DNA of 63,444 nt, filler included, from Reclinomonas americana ATCC 50394 (Eukaryota): the NCBI GenBank assembly GCA_048213135.1. It is 21 parts of 21 records of this genome, joined end to end, with 100 filler letters (N's around TTAATTAATTAA, not from the genome) between each part and the next. Parts side by side here need not be neighbours in the genome. Positions count along the whole stretch, not along the records: positions 8,614 to 14,247 come from AFZH01023829.1; positions 14,348 to 15,743 come from AFZH01023830.1; positions 15,844 to 16,907 come from AFZH01023831.1; positions 17,008 to 18,366 come from AFZH01023832.1; positions 18,467 to 20,856 come from AFZH01023833.1; 16 more parts are not named here. One strand, given 5' to 3'. The translations under genes were made by a program, and so were the position numbers. Below the pieces are notes generated by a model. It was not told the origin of the DNA. It saw only the letters and a list, made by a program, of their open reading frames with translations, and did no database searches. Positions 10,002 to 19,893 of this stretch are shown here, in pieces (within the stretch, counting starts at the first letter, position 1; the number at the start of each line of letters is the position of its first letter).

Positions 10002-10940
10002 ATGACGACGATGCTCAACACACCGATGCCGGTGGCCGAGACCCCGACGAAAACCGCGGGCCGCCGCCGGCGGAGTTCCGTCGGACGCGCGCTCTGGTGG
10101 TTCACCCTCCCTGCGATCGCCGTCTATCTGCTCATCGTCATCGTGCCGACGATCCAGGGCGGCTACATGTCGCTCACCGACTGGTCGGCGTTCAAGCTGG
10201 ACGCGAGCTTCATCGGGTTCGAGAACTTCGTCACGCTCTTCCAAGGTGATTCGGCGGATGCCGCCTTCAGAACTCTCTTCATCGCCGTGGTCACCGTGGT
10301 GGCGCAGAACGTGCTCGGGCTGCTCTTGGCCGTCGTCCTCAACGGCAGGCTCAAAGGGCGCAATGTTCTCCGGACCATCATCTTCGCCCCGATGGTCGTC
10401 TCGCCGCTGGTCGTCGGCTACCTGTTCAAGTACATCTTCGGTCCGCCCGGCTCCGGCGGCATCAACGTCGTGCTGCAGACCCTCGGGCTTCCGCAGGTGG
10501 ACTTCCTCGGCAATCCGACGACGGCTCTGTGGATCATCATCCTCGTCGTGGTGTGGCAGTTCACGGGCTCCACGATGATCATCTATCTGGCAGGGCTGCA
10601 GGGCGTGCCGCCCGAGCTCCTGGAAGCGGCGTCGCTGGACGGCGCCAGCACCTGGAAGCGCTTCTGGCACGTGACGCGGCCGCTCCTGGCACCTGCCGTC
10701 ACGATCAACCTCATGATCGGACTGATCGGAGGGCTGAAGATCTTCGACCAGATCTTCGCCATCACGGGCGGTGGGCCGGCGGGTTCGACCGAGACCATCT
10801 CGACCCTCATCTTCAAGTACTTCTCGCAGTTCGGGTACTACGGTCTCTCGGCCGCGCTCGCCATCGTGCTGGCGGTCGGTGTCGCCGTTCTCTCCCTCAT
10901 CCAGTTCGCCGTGCTCCGACGTCAGGAGAGAAACTCATGA
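10002..10940 (+). CDS. Carbohydrate ABC transporter permease
   Basis: FIGFENF, EAA loop ELLEAASLDGAS, TGGGP; ATG at 10002 follows AGGTAGG. Confidence 0.92.
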   Translation: MTTMLNTPMPVAETPTKTAGRRRRSSVGRALWWFTLPAIAVYLLIVIVPTIQGGYMSLTDWSAFKLDASFIGFENFVTLFQGDSADAAFRTLFIAVVTVVAQNVLGLLLAVVLNGRLKGRNVLRTIIFAPMVVSPLVVGYLFKYIFGPPGSGGINVVLQTLGLPQVDFLGNPTTALWIIILVVVWQFTGSTMIIYLAGLQGVPPELLEAASLDGASTWKRFWHVTRPLLAPAVTINLMIGLIGGLKIFDQIFAITGGGPAGSTETISTLIFKYFSQFGYYGLSAALAIVLAVGVAVLSLIQFAVLRRQERNS

Positions 10941-11761
10941 ACGACTCGAAGGTCGCCCGCGCGAGCGGATACGTCTTCTCCTACGGGAGCACTCTCTTCT
11001 TCCTGATCCCGGTGTACCTGCTGGTCAATCTTGCGATCAGGCCGGTCGACGATTTCACCCCCGCCTTCATCCCGAGCACGCGTGCGACGGCAGACAACTT
11101 CGTCCAGGCGTGGACGCAGTCGGGGCTCCCCGCAGCGATCGCGACGAGCACCCTCATCACGACCGTCTCGTGCCTGGCCATCCTCATCATCGCGACGATG
11201 GCGGCCTACCCCTTGGCGCGATCCATGGCGAAGCTCTCGACCACGACGTTCTACTTCTTCCTCATCGGACTGCTCGTTCCGGCTCAGGTCGCGCTCCTGC
11301 CCCTGTACCTGACGATGAGAGACCTGCAGCTCTTGGGCACGCCCTGGGCGCTGATCATCCTCTATGTCGGAGGGAACATGCCCTTCGCGATCTTCCTGAC
11401 GACCACGTTCCTCCGCTCCAGCGTCGCCGTCGAATACGAAGAGGCGGCACGGATCGACGGTTGCAGCGACGCCGGTGCCTTCTTCCACGTGGTGCTGCCG
11501 CTGCTGCGCCCGGTGCTCGGGACGCTCATCATCCTGGTCGGGGTCGGAATCTGGAATGACTTCTTCAGCCCTCTGCTCTATCTGGCGGGGAGCGGCATCA
11601 CGACCATTCCGGTCGCCATCTTCCAGTTCGTGGGCGCGTACTCGACGAACTGGTCGCTCATCTTCGCCGCGCTGATCATCTCGATGATCCCCGTGCTCAC
11701 GATCTACCTCGTGTTCCAGCGCTACGTCATCCAAGGGTTCGCCGGCGGCCTCAAGGGCTGA
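10937..11761 (+). CDS. Carbohydrate ABC transporter permease
   Basis: EYEEAARIDGCS, IWNDF, C-terminal GGLKG; ATGA overlap with upstream gene. Confidence 0.92.
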   Translation: MNDSKVARASGYVFSYGSTLFFLIPVYLLVNLAIRPVDDFTPAFIPSTRATADNFVQAWTQSGLPAAIATSTLITTVSCLAILIIATMAAYPLARSMAKLSTTTFYFFLIGLLVPAQVALLPLYLTMRDLQLLGTPWALIILYVGGNMPFAIFLTTTFLRSSVAVEYEEAARIDGCSDAGAFFHVVLPLLRPVLGTLIILVGVGIWNDFFSPLLYLAGSGITTIPVAIFQFVGAYSTNWSLIFAALIISMIPVLTIYLVFQRYVIQGFAGGLKG

Positions 11762-11841
11762 CCGCGCCGAGTTCGAAACCTCAGACTTCCGGCATCGAGC
11801 CGGCAGACCCCTCACCACACACAGCAAGGAAAGAAGGATCG

Positions 11842-13131
11842 ATGAAGATTCGCAGCGGACTGGGCCTCACGGCCCTTGTCATCACGGGAGCGCTTCTCGC
11901 CGGCTGCTCGGGTGCCCCGGCGCCCGCGCCCGAGGGCTCGGACGGCGAGATCACCGGAACGGTCACCGGCATCTGGGATGCAACGTTCAAGGACTCCATC
12001 CAGCCGATCGCCGAGGCCTTCGAGAAGAAGCACCCCGGCGTGAAGATGGACATCACCTACCAGGGCGGCGACATCGGCGGCGTCCTCAGCACGCAGCTGC
12101 AAGCGGGAACGGCGCCCGACCTCCTCATCACCTTCCCGGGCGGCACCCCGGGCAGCGGCGGCGGGACGAACGTCTTGACTCTCGCGTCGCAGGGGCGTCT
12201 GCTCGATCTCTCGTCGTCGCCGTGGACCAAGACGGTGCCGGATCAGTGGAAGAGCGAGGTCGATTACGAGGGCAAGACTTACGCCTACCCCGGCATCGCC
12301 CAGGGCCTCGGCGCGATCTACGACCAGACCACGCTGGACAAGTACGACCTCGAGGTTCCGACGACGATCGATGAGGTCTACGAACTCTGCGAGGCAGCGA
12401 AGGACGCGGGTGTGTACGCCTACGCGCAGGGTCTGGGCGAGACTCTCGGCGGTCCGCAGATGCTCTCGTACGCTCAGACCTCCAGCCTCGTCTACGGTCC
12501 CGACCCGGAGGCTGCGACCCAGACGAAGGACGGAGACTTCGACTTCGCGAAGTCCGGCTGGAAGGACCAGCTCGAGATCTACGAGACCATGCAGAAGAAG
12601 GGGTGCTTCGGTGAGGGCGCGCTCGGGCGCGATCGCGCGCAGGGAAACGATGAGGTCGCGTCCGGCAGAGCGCTCGGCATCGTCGACGTCTCTGCGGTTA
12701 TCGGCGCGATCCAGGAGAAGGCGCCGGACGACGAGCTCGTCTTCGCGCCGATGCCCGCGACGAAGAGTGCCGACGACACCTTCGCGACTGCGCTGCTCGG
12801 ATACACGATCGCGGTCAACGCGAAGGCCAAGAACCCGGCGGCGGCTCAGGCATTCCTCGAGTTCCTCTCCGAGCCGGAGCAGATCGCCATCCACGCCGAG
12901 GCGTTCGCCGCTCTTCCGGCGATCCCGCAGGACGGCTACAAGGCCCCGGCCGGTCTGGCTGACTTCGCCGGCTTCATCGATTCCGGCGCGTTCACGAAGC
13001 TGCCGGTCTGGCCGAACGCCGCGACGCAGCCCGCGATCAACGAGTCCGTCCAGTCGCTGCTGCTCGGCAACGACACGGTCGACAGCACGCTCGCGAAGAT
13101 CCAGGCCGCGTTCGATCAGGGCGTCGAGTAG
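11842..13131 (+). CDS. Carbohydrate ABC substrate-binding lipoprotein
   Basis: Lipobox LAG-C, FEKKHPGVK, AGTAPDL. Confidence 0.9.
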   Translation: MKIRSGLGLTALVITGALLAGCSGAPAPAPEGSDGEITGTVTGIWDATFKDSIQPIAEAFEKKHPGVKMDITYQGGDIGGVLSTQLQAGTAPDLLITFPGGTPGSGGGTNVLTLASQGRLLDLSSSPWTKTVPDQWKSEVDYEGKTYAYPGIAQGLGAIYDQTTLDKYDLEVPTTIDEVYELCEAAKDAGVYAYAQGLGETLGGPQMLSYAQTSSLVYGPDPEAATQTKDGDFDFAKSGWKDQLEIYETMQKKGCFGEGALGRDRAQGNDEVASGRALGIVDVSAVIGAIQEKAPDDELVFAPMPATKSADDTFATALLGYTIAVNAKAKNPAAAQAFLEFLSEPEQIAIHAEAFAALPAIPQDGYKAPAGLADFAGFIDSGAFTKLPVWPNAATQPAINESVQSLLLGNDTVDSTLAKIQAAFDQGVE

Positions 13132-13147
13132 CCCGCCGATATCCGAT

Positions 13148-13191
13148 GAACGTCCGCCGCCTCGCCTGCCACTGCGGGGCGGCGGACGTTC
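13148..13191 (+). terminator. GC-rich stem-loop after the substrate-binding gene
   Basis: GAACGTCCGCCGCCTCGC...GCGGGGCGGCGGACGTTC. Confidence 0.6.
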
Positions 13192-13246
13192 CGCCCTGTT
13201 TCGCCCAGTCACCCACCCCCAACACAGACAGAACGGACCACTCGTC

Positions 13247-14247
13247 GTGTCTCATCGCTCCCTCACCGACAGCACGCCGATCCAGGTGCAGAGCGACGGG
13301 AGCGGCTCGAGGGAACCGATCATCCCCGGGTTCTATCCGGATCCGACCGTCTGCCGTGTCGGCGACGACTACTACCTCGCCACGTCGAGCTTCGAGTATT
13401 TCCCCGGTGTGCCTCTGTTCCACAGCACCGATCTCGTCTCCTGGACGCAGGTAGGGCACATCCTGACTCGCCGGAGCCAGTTCCGTCGGGGATCGGGGGC
13501 CTCCTCGACCGGCATCTACGCCGGAACCCTACGACACCACGGCGACCGGTTCTGGTTCATCACCACAAACGTGAGTGACTTCGGGTCCGGCCAGCTCCTC
13601 GTCTCGGCCGACGAACCTGCCGGACCGTGGTCCGATCCCACCTTCATCCCCGATGCCATCGGCATCGACCCCGACCTGTGCTGGGACGACGACGGCGACT
13701 GCTACCTCACCTGGAAGGCGATGGACTTCGCCACCGAGACCGGGATCATGCAGGCGCGGGTGGATCTCGAATCGGGGACGCTGTTCGACGAGCCGTACCC
13801 GATCTGGCAGGGCAGCGGGCTGGATGCCGCAGAGGGGCCGCACATCTTCCGCAGGGGAGGCTCCTGGTACCTGATCCTCGCTGAAGGCGGCACCGAACGC
13901 GGACATTCGGTGACCATCGCACGAGCGGCGGGTCCCGACGGCCCGTGGGAACCGCACCCGGACAATCCGATCTTCTCCCGACGCAGCGTCGTCGCCCACC
14001 CGGTGCAGAACGTCGGACACGCCGACATGGTGGAACGCCCCGACGGCAGCTGGGCATGCGTGTACCTGGGCGTCCGGAACCGCGGCTCTACCCCAGGCTT
14101 CCACGTCCTCGGGCGCGAGACATTTCTCGCGGGCGTCGACTGGGTCGACGGATGGCCGGTTCTCGACGATCTCACGTTCGAGGTGCCACGGGCGCCGACG
14201 GACTTCGTCGACGACTTCGACGGCGACCGGCTCTCGTCGCGCTGGGT
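13247..14247 (+). CDS. Glycoside hydrolase family 43 (beta-xylosidase/arabinofuranosidase), 3' truncated
   Basis: PIIPGFYPDPTVCRVGDDYYLATSSFEYFPG, GIDPD, EGPH, AEGGT, VGHAD, GRETFL. Confidence 0.92.
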
Positions 14248-14347
14248 NNNNNNNNNNNNNNNNNNNNNNNNNNNNNNNNNNNNNNNNNNNNTTAATTAAT
14301 TAANNNNNNNNNNNNNNNNNNNNNNNNNNNNNNNNNNNNNNNNNNNN

Positions 14348-14578
14348 TATCCCTGGTGGGTGGCGGCACTCTGCGGCGGCGGCTGGCTCATCGGCGGGCT
14401 CTGCGATGTCGTCGAGAACCTCGCCATCGCACGTCTTCTCGATCGTTTTCCAACTCTCGACGATGGCACCGTCGCGATCGCCAGCGGCTTCACCCGGCTG
14501 AAGCTCGTCTTCACCGGGCTCGGCTTCATCGGCGCGATCGCTGCCTATTACCTGGCGTTCAAGCCGATCGCCGGCTGA
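14348..14578 (+). CDS. Hypothetical membrane protein, C-terminal fragment
   Basis: Hydrophobic segments around LCDVVENL; stop 3 nt before next ATG. Confidence 0.55.
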   Translation, partial: YPWWVAALCGGGWLIGGLCDVVENLAIARLLDRFPTLDDGTVAIASGFTRLKLVFTGLGFIGAIAAYYLAFKPIAG

Positions 14579-14580
14579 GC

Positions 14581-14973
14581 ATGCGGGGCGCGGCAGGCGC
14601 TGCCGTGGCCGCAGGCATCCTCGGCGCGCTGGCCTTGCCCGCAGCGGCCGACGAAGCCTGGAAGCGTTGCATCGACAATTCGGACGGCACCAACCCCGCC
14701 GGGGCTGCCTGCGGCGGGGCATGGGTCGCGCGTGAGGACGCCAAGCTCAACGCCGCCTGGAAGCGCCTGCTGGCGGCGAGCGGGCCCACGACCCGGAAGG
14801 ATCTGCTCGAAGAGCAGCGCGCCTGGAACGCCTTCATGCAGAAGGCCTGCCGCTTCTACGACAAGGGCGAGTTCGGCCGGGAAGGGCAGGTTCTGCATTT
14901 TCCGGCCTGCCGCGCCACGCTCATCGCCCAGCGCACCGCGACGCTCGACAGCTATGGCGCCGACCGGCGTTAG
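14581..14973 (+). CDS. Lysozyme inhibitor LprI (DUF1311) family secreted protein
   Basis: Signal peptide, C...C...DAKLNAAWKRL...LLEEQRAW....C...C......RT. Confidence 0.8.
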   Translation: MRGAAGAAVAAGILGALALPAAADEAWKRCIDNSDGTNPAGAACGGAWVAREDAKLNAAWKRLLAASGPTTRKDLLEEQRAWNAFMQKACRFYDKGEFGREGQVLHFPACRATLIAQRTATLDSYGADRR

Positions 14974-15497
14974 ACGGTGACCGGGCGTCCGAGGCGCAGG
15001 CGGATCGCCGGAACGGGCGGCTCTCCGATCAGCATCTCGCCGCCTACCACCTGTTCGAAGCCAAGCCGTGCTGCGAGCCGCAGCGAGGCCGCATTCTGCG
15101 GGTGGGTCTGGATCAGGATGTCTGGCAGGCCGACTGCGCCGAAAGCGTAGCGGATCAACCGCGCCACCGCCTCTCGGGCAAAACCTTGTCCCCAGTGGCG
15201 GGCGGCGAAACGATAGCTGATCTGAGCCTGGTCCTGACCGTCGCCGTTCGGAATGAGGCCGACATAGCCGAGCGGTCCGTCTTCGGCGGCCCGGTCGAAC
15301 GCAGTCCAGTAGCCGAGTCCGCGCCCGACATGTAGGAAGCTGCGCGCCGCGACGCCCTCGCGGCCCATCGTCGGGTCGCCGACCGCCGCGATGAAGCGCA
15401 TGACCTCTGGATCGGCATTGAGCGCAGCGACGAAATCGAGATCGGCCTCGGTCCGCGGCTTCAGGTACAGGCGCTCGGTTTCCAGCACCGGCAGCAT
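14970..15497 (-). CDS. GNAT N-acetyltransferase, RimJ/RimL type
   Basis: LETERLYL, DPEVMRF, HWGQGFAREA, NAASLRLAARLGF. Confidence 0.88.
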   Translation of the reverse strand: MLPVLETERLYLKPRTEADLDFVAALNADPEVMRFIAAVGDPTMGREGVAARSFLHVGRGLGYWTAFDRAAEDGPLGYVGLIPNGDGQDQAQISYRFAARHWGQGFAREAVARLIRYAFGAVGLPDILIQTHPQNAASLRLAARLGFEQVVGGEMLIGEPPVPAIRLRLGRPVTV

Positions 15498-15610
15498 GGT
15501 CGTCGTCCTGTCGTCTTGCTCTAAGATTGCTCGCGCCTGCACTGGTGCGATCCGGCGCGCCATCCCATATCCTGCCCGCTGTCCCTCGGGAACGCTCTGG
15601 GAGATTTTGA

Positions 15611-15743
15611 ATGAGCTTTCGTCGTTGTCTTCTTGCCGCCGCGTCGGTGCTTGCGCTTGCCGGCGTCGTCGCCCCGGCCACGGCACAGGAGGACCTGATC
15701 TTCAAGAAGTCGACGGTCTGGAAGATGCTGACCCCGGACGACA
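15611..15743 (+). CDS. creA: CreA family protein, N-terminal fragment
   Basis: Signal peptide followed by DLIFKKSTVWKMLTPDD. Confidence 0.65.
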
Positions 15744-15893
15744 NNNNNNNNNNNNNNNNNNNNNNNNNNNNNNNNNNNNNNNNNNNNTTAATTAATTAAN
15801 NNNNNNNNNNNNNNNNNNNNNNNNNNNNNNNNNNNNNNNNNNNAACTATCGCTCGAAGCGCCGTGCTTGGCAATTAGAGCTCGATCGCATGGT

Positions 15894-16898
15894 TTACGCC
15901 TGCTTGCGCTCCGACGCCGGGCGGACGAGGACGTTGTCGTTCTGGGGGTGCTTGGCGAAGGTCGCCCCGACCGGGCGATGGTAGAACAGGCGCCTTGCCT
16001 CGCCGGACGCGACAGCCGTCGCGAAGCGCTCCCCGTCACTACGCTTCGAGGTGTTCCAACGGAATGTGAACTCGTCCAGGTAGCGCTGTGCATGCTGCGC
16101 CGAGATCGACTTGTAGGTGCCCCGGATCGCGTTCTTGATCAGCGAGAAGAACGACTCGTCGAGGTTCGTCGAGGCGATGCCATCGGTGAACTTGCTCGAA
16201 TGGTCGACGGTCATGTGCAGGTAATCGCTCTTCTTGAGGAAGCCGTAGCTGCTCAGGGTGTCAGTGACGATCGTCGACTGCGGGTGCACGTGCTCGGAGA
16301 TCGCGGCCTTAAGCTGAAGCTGGGAGATGCCCGGGACGATGACGGTGCGCGCCTGACGCGTCGTGCGATCGATCATCGCCAGGACGATCTTCTTGCCCTC
16401 GGCGCCACGTCCGCGCTTGAACTTGAAGCCGGCGCGCCCCCGCTTCTTGCCGCCCTGATAGGCCTCGTCGACCTCGACGATGTGCCCGGGACCGCCGATC
16501 TTGCCGTTGAACTGCCCGATCGCCGCCTCGCGGATGCGATGGAGCATGAACCAGGCAGCTTCGTAGGATAGACCGAGGTGGCGTTCGAGCTCCTTGGCCG
16601 AGATCGCGTTCTTGGCTCCCGCGAACATCCGCATCGCGAACAGCCACTTCCTCAGCGGGATGTGGCTTCGCTCCATCGGGGTCAGCGTGGTCACGGTGAA
16701 GCGCTTGGCACAGGAACCGCACTTCCATCGAAGCCGGTTCGCATTCGGGTCGGCGATCTCATAGCAGCGCAAGTGTCCGCAGCGCGGGCAGTGAACGCCG
16801 TTCGGCCAGCGGACATCCCGGACATAGGCATGCGCCTTCGCCTCGTCCGCGAAGCAGTCGAACAGCGCATCCAGGGAATGGACATCAGCCTGTGCCAT
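15894..16898 (-). mobile_element. IS1595 family transposase
   Basis: RWPNG-CPRCG...CGSC zinc ribbon, HTH (ISAKELERHLGLSYEAAW), catalytic VEVDEAY / VTD / TNLDESFF, YLDEFTFRWN. Confidence 0.93.
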
Positions 16899-17007
16899 GT
16901 CCCGGACNNNNNNNNNNNNNNNNNNNNNNNNNNNNNNNNNNNNNNNNNNNNTTAATTAATTAANNNNNNNNNNNNNNNNNNNNNNNNNNNNNNNNNNNNN
17001 NNNNNNN

Positions 17008-17587
17008 GTTCGGCACCACGCCGGAGGAGGTCCGCAACAGCGGCAGCACCGATAGGCTCGGCCTCGTCGCGCCGCTGCGATTGACGAACGGACGCGCACG
17101 GTCGCCGGTCCCGACCGTGCGGGAGCTGCGCCGCCTGCGCCTCGTTGGCCTGTCCGCGCCTTGCTCCTACGAATCAGCGATCGGGATACCGGCGCAGTGG
17201 CAGGCCTTCATGTGCGACCACTATGCCGACATCGCCGACAAGGCGCCGGGCATACCGATCGGCGTCTGCCGCGCGCCCGATGAGGATGGCTGCTTCGAAT
17301 ATATGTGCGCCACCGAGGTGAGCTCAGCCGCTCCGCCGCGAAAGCCGCTGGCCTACCTGGAAACCGAATCGAGGACTTACGCGGTCTTCGATCATCGCGA
17401 CCATATCTCGACGATTTTCGATACCTACACGGCGATCTGGAACGAGGCGCTGCCTGCCGCTGGCCTCAACGCGGCGAATGGCCCCGTGCTCGAATTCCAC
17501 AACGATGCTTTCGATCCAGGCACCGGGCTTGGCGGTCTGCAGATCTGGATTCCGCTGGAGCACAACGGCAACGGGAGTGGGGCATGA
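17008..17587 (+). CDS. AraC family regulator with GyrI-like effector domain, 5' truncated
   Basis: AraC tail FGTTPEEVR then IPAQWQAF...YAVFDH...IWNEALP...IWIPL. Confidence 0.8.
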
Positions 17588-18237
17588 CTGCGTTGGACAC
17601 GCCCGATCGGGATAGGGAGGCGGGCCGCTCGGCCTCCAACACCTCGACCCTCGCCGGTTATGAGGGCTGCGCCGACGACTACGCGGAAACGACGGCACCC
17701 AAGCCGGAGGCGGATGACCAGCCGGCACTGGTCGAACTGCTGAAGCTCGTGCCGCCGGGCAGCCGCCTGCTCGAAATCGGCTCCGGCCCAGGCTGGGATG
17801 CCGACTGGCTGGAGGAAAGGGGGCTCGTCGTCAGGCGCACCGACGGAGCTCAGTCCTTCGTGCAGTTCCAGGCCTCGCGCGGCCGCCAGGCCGAGCGCCT
17901 CGACGTGATCAGTGATGCGCTTGGCGGTCCCTATGATGGGATCGTGGCGCTGCATGTGCTCCAGCATGTCGAGCGCGAAGCCCTGCCTTCCGTCTTCGCC
18001 GGGATCGCGGCGGCGATCCGCGATGGCGGCGTCTTCCTGCTCGCGCTCCGCGAGGGGCAGGGCGAGACCGCCGAAATCGGCGCGAAGGGCGACGCGTACT
18101 ACGTCGCCCTGTGGCCGCGCTCGGAGATCGTCGCGATTCTGGCCGGACACGGTCTCGACTTGCACTGGTCGCATTCGTTCGCGGGCCGCGATGGCCGCTG
18201 GCTGACCGCCCTGTTCCGGAAAGGCGCGCGGGCATGA
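17584..18237 (+). CDS. Class I SAM-dependent methyltransferase
   Basis: LLEIGSGPG motif I, YDGIVALHVLQH, GGVFLL; ATGA overlaps at both ends. Confidence 0.85.
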   Translation: MTALDTPDRDREAGRSASNTSTLAGYEGCADDYAETTAPKPEADDQPALVELLKLVPPGSRLLEIGSGPGWDADWLEERGLVVRRTDGAQSFVQFQASRGRQAERLDVISDALGGPYDGIVALHVLQHVEREALPSVFAGIAAAIRDGGVFLLALREGQGETAEIGAKGDAYYVALWPRSEIVAILAGHGLDLHWSHSFAGRDGRWLTALFRKGARA

Positions 18238-18727
18238 GTCGGAAGGCCTGGCTGCTGTTCCTCGCCCTCGGCGTGATCTGGGGCGTGCCCTATCTGCTGA
18301 TCCGGGTCGCCGTCGCCGACTATCATCCGGTCATTGTCGCCCTTGGCCGCGCGGCTAGTCGGTGCCNNNNNNNNNNNNNNNNNNNNNNNNNNNNNNNNNN
18401 NNNNNNNNNNTTAATTAATTAANNNNNNNNNNNNNNNNNNNNNNNNNNNNNNNNNNNNNNNNNNNNATCGCCCTGGCCGTCTTCTGCACGGCGCTGGCCT
18501 TCCAGCTGCTGTTTGCGCTCATCGCCGAGGTCGGCGCGGCGCGAGCGACCGTGATCGCCTATCTCAATCCCGCGGTGGCGGTGCTGCTCGGAGTGCTTGT
18601 GCTCGGCGAGCCACTTTCCATCGCGCTATTGGTCGGGTTCCTGCTGATCCTCGCCGGCTCTTACTTCGCCACGGCCCGCCAGCAGCGCTCCAGTGCGCCT
18701 CCTGCGGCTGCGGAGCCATTCAGTTGA
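18234..18727 (+). CDS. EamA/DMT transporter, interrupted by assembly gap (18367-18466)
   Basis: N-terminus LGVIWGVPYLLIR; C-terminus after gap GAARATVIAYLNPAVAVLLGVLVLGE. Confidence 0.85.
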
Positions 18728-18828
18728 GAACTTTTCCGTAAGCCTCTCGCCAGCACGCCCCGCGATTGGCAGTATGGCTTGCAGAGCCCGGCTGTGGGCT
18801 CGCTGCGGTTGAAGCGGGGGGCTTTGCC

Positions 18829-19332
18829 ATGTTCGTGCTCGATCCAACCACGCTGGTGGGCTTCCATACCTGGCTCTGCCTGATCGCGATCGTCGCCGGC
18901 TTTCCGATGACCGCCGCCTTGCTGAAAGGGCATCTCAGCCCGCGCTGGAACGGCGTCTATCTCTCGACCGCCTTCGCCGCCAGTGCCACCGGTTACGCCT
19001 TTCCCTTCGACAGGGTGCTGCCCTCGCATATCGTCGGCGCGGTCTCGCTGCTGCTGATCGTGCTGGCGGGGCTGGCCCTCTACGCCTTCGCCTTGCGCGA
19101 TGTCTGGCGGCGGATCTACGCGATCACCGCGGTGCTCTCGTTCTATCTGCTGATCTTCGTGCTGATCGCCCAGCTCTTCCTCAAGGTAAACGTCCTGCAC
19201 GATATGGCTCCGACTCAGAGCGAGCCGCCCTTCGCGATCGTCCAGACGCTGGTCCTGATCGTCTTCCTCATCCTGACCCTGCTCGCGGCGCGGCGTTTCG
19301 GCGCCGGCGTCACGATGGCGAGAACAGCATAA
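18829..19332 (+). CDS. Conserved hypothetical membrane protein
   Basis: About five hydrophobic helices; FHTWLCL, QLFLKV..LH..APTQSEPPF. Confidence 0.7.
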   Translation: MFVLDPTTLVGFHTWLCLIAIVAGFPMTAALLKGHLSPRWNGVYLSTAFAASATGYAFPFDRVLPSHIVGAVSLLLIVLAGLALYAFALRDVWRRIYAITAVLSFYLLIFVLIAQLFLKVNVLHDMAPTQSEPPFAIVQTLVLIVFLILTLLAARRFGAGVTMARTA

Positions 19333-19355
19333 AAAAGGGCGGCCGAAGGCCGCCC
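19331..19355. terminator. Intrinsic terminator between convergent genes
   Basis: AAAAAA-GGGCGGCC-gaa-GGCCGCCC. Confidence 0.7.
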
Positions 19356-19387
19356 AGTTCTCACCATGTTGCTGTTCCGGTTGCGCT

Positions 19388-19786
19388 TCAGTTGCGATCG
19401 ACGTCGACGATCTCGCCGCGCCAGTTGATCTCGACACGCACCTCGTCGCCGCGCCTGTCGCTGCCGTCGATCACCCAGACATTCCCGCTCCAGCGCGCCT
19501 GGTCCACCTCGGCAACGCCGTTGCGGCGGGCGATCCTGATGGCCTCGCGCTGCGAGACGGCATCATAGCGCGCCCCGTCATAACCGCCGCGGTCATAGCC
19601 TCGGCGGTAGTCGTCCGGCTTGTAGGTGCCGCCGCGATAGGGCGCATTGTCGTTGCTGGTCGGCCCGCGCTCATATTTCGGAATGCTGTTCTCCGGTCGC
19701 AGGTCCACGCCTTGCGCCAGAGCCGCGACCGAAGACAGCGCGAGCGCACCGGCGACCAATCCAATCTTCAGTGGTTTCATCCTCAT
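19388..19786 (-). CDS. Secreted PepSY-like domain protein
   Basis: Signal peptide, Tyr/Gly/Arg-rich linker, SQREAIRIARRNG...W.IDG.DRRG..VRVEI...GEIV. Confidence 0.7.
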   Translation of the reverse strand: MRMKPLKIGLVAGALALSSVAALAQGVDLRPENSIPKYERGPTSNDNAPYRGGTYKPDDYRRGYDRGGYDGARYDAVSQREAIRIARRNGVAEVDQARWSGNVWVIDGSDRRGDEVRVEINWRGEIVDVDRN

Positions 19787-19819
19787 CCTCCAGGGGTTGA
19801 TGATGCGTCCTGAGGATTC

Positions 19820-19844
19820 AACCGCTGCGGCGACGATGCGTTCC
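19820..19844 (-). promoter_or_regulatory. EcfG-type (general stress sigma) promoter
   Basis: Reverse strand GGAAC-N16-GGTT about 35 nt upstream of the PepSY gene. Confidence 0.55.
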
Positions 19845-19893
19845 GAGGTCTTTCATGACCATTTTGCGGCAAATCTTTAATCTGCCCAATGAG

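Noticed and set aside
12371..13246. N-terminal extension making a 642-aa GH43 fusion
   Set aside because: Overlaps the binding-protein gene in another frame and is Arg/Ser-rich noise; GH43 homology starts near 13247
15844..15893. Terminal inverted repeat of IS1595
   Set aside because: The other end is missing, so no pairing can be shown
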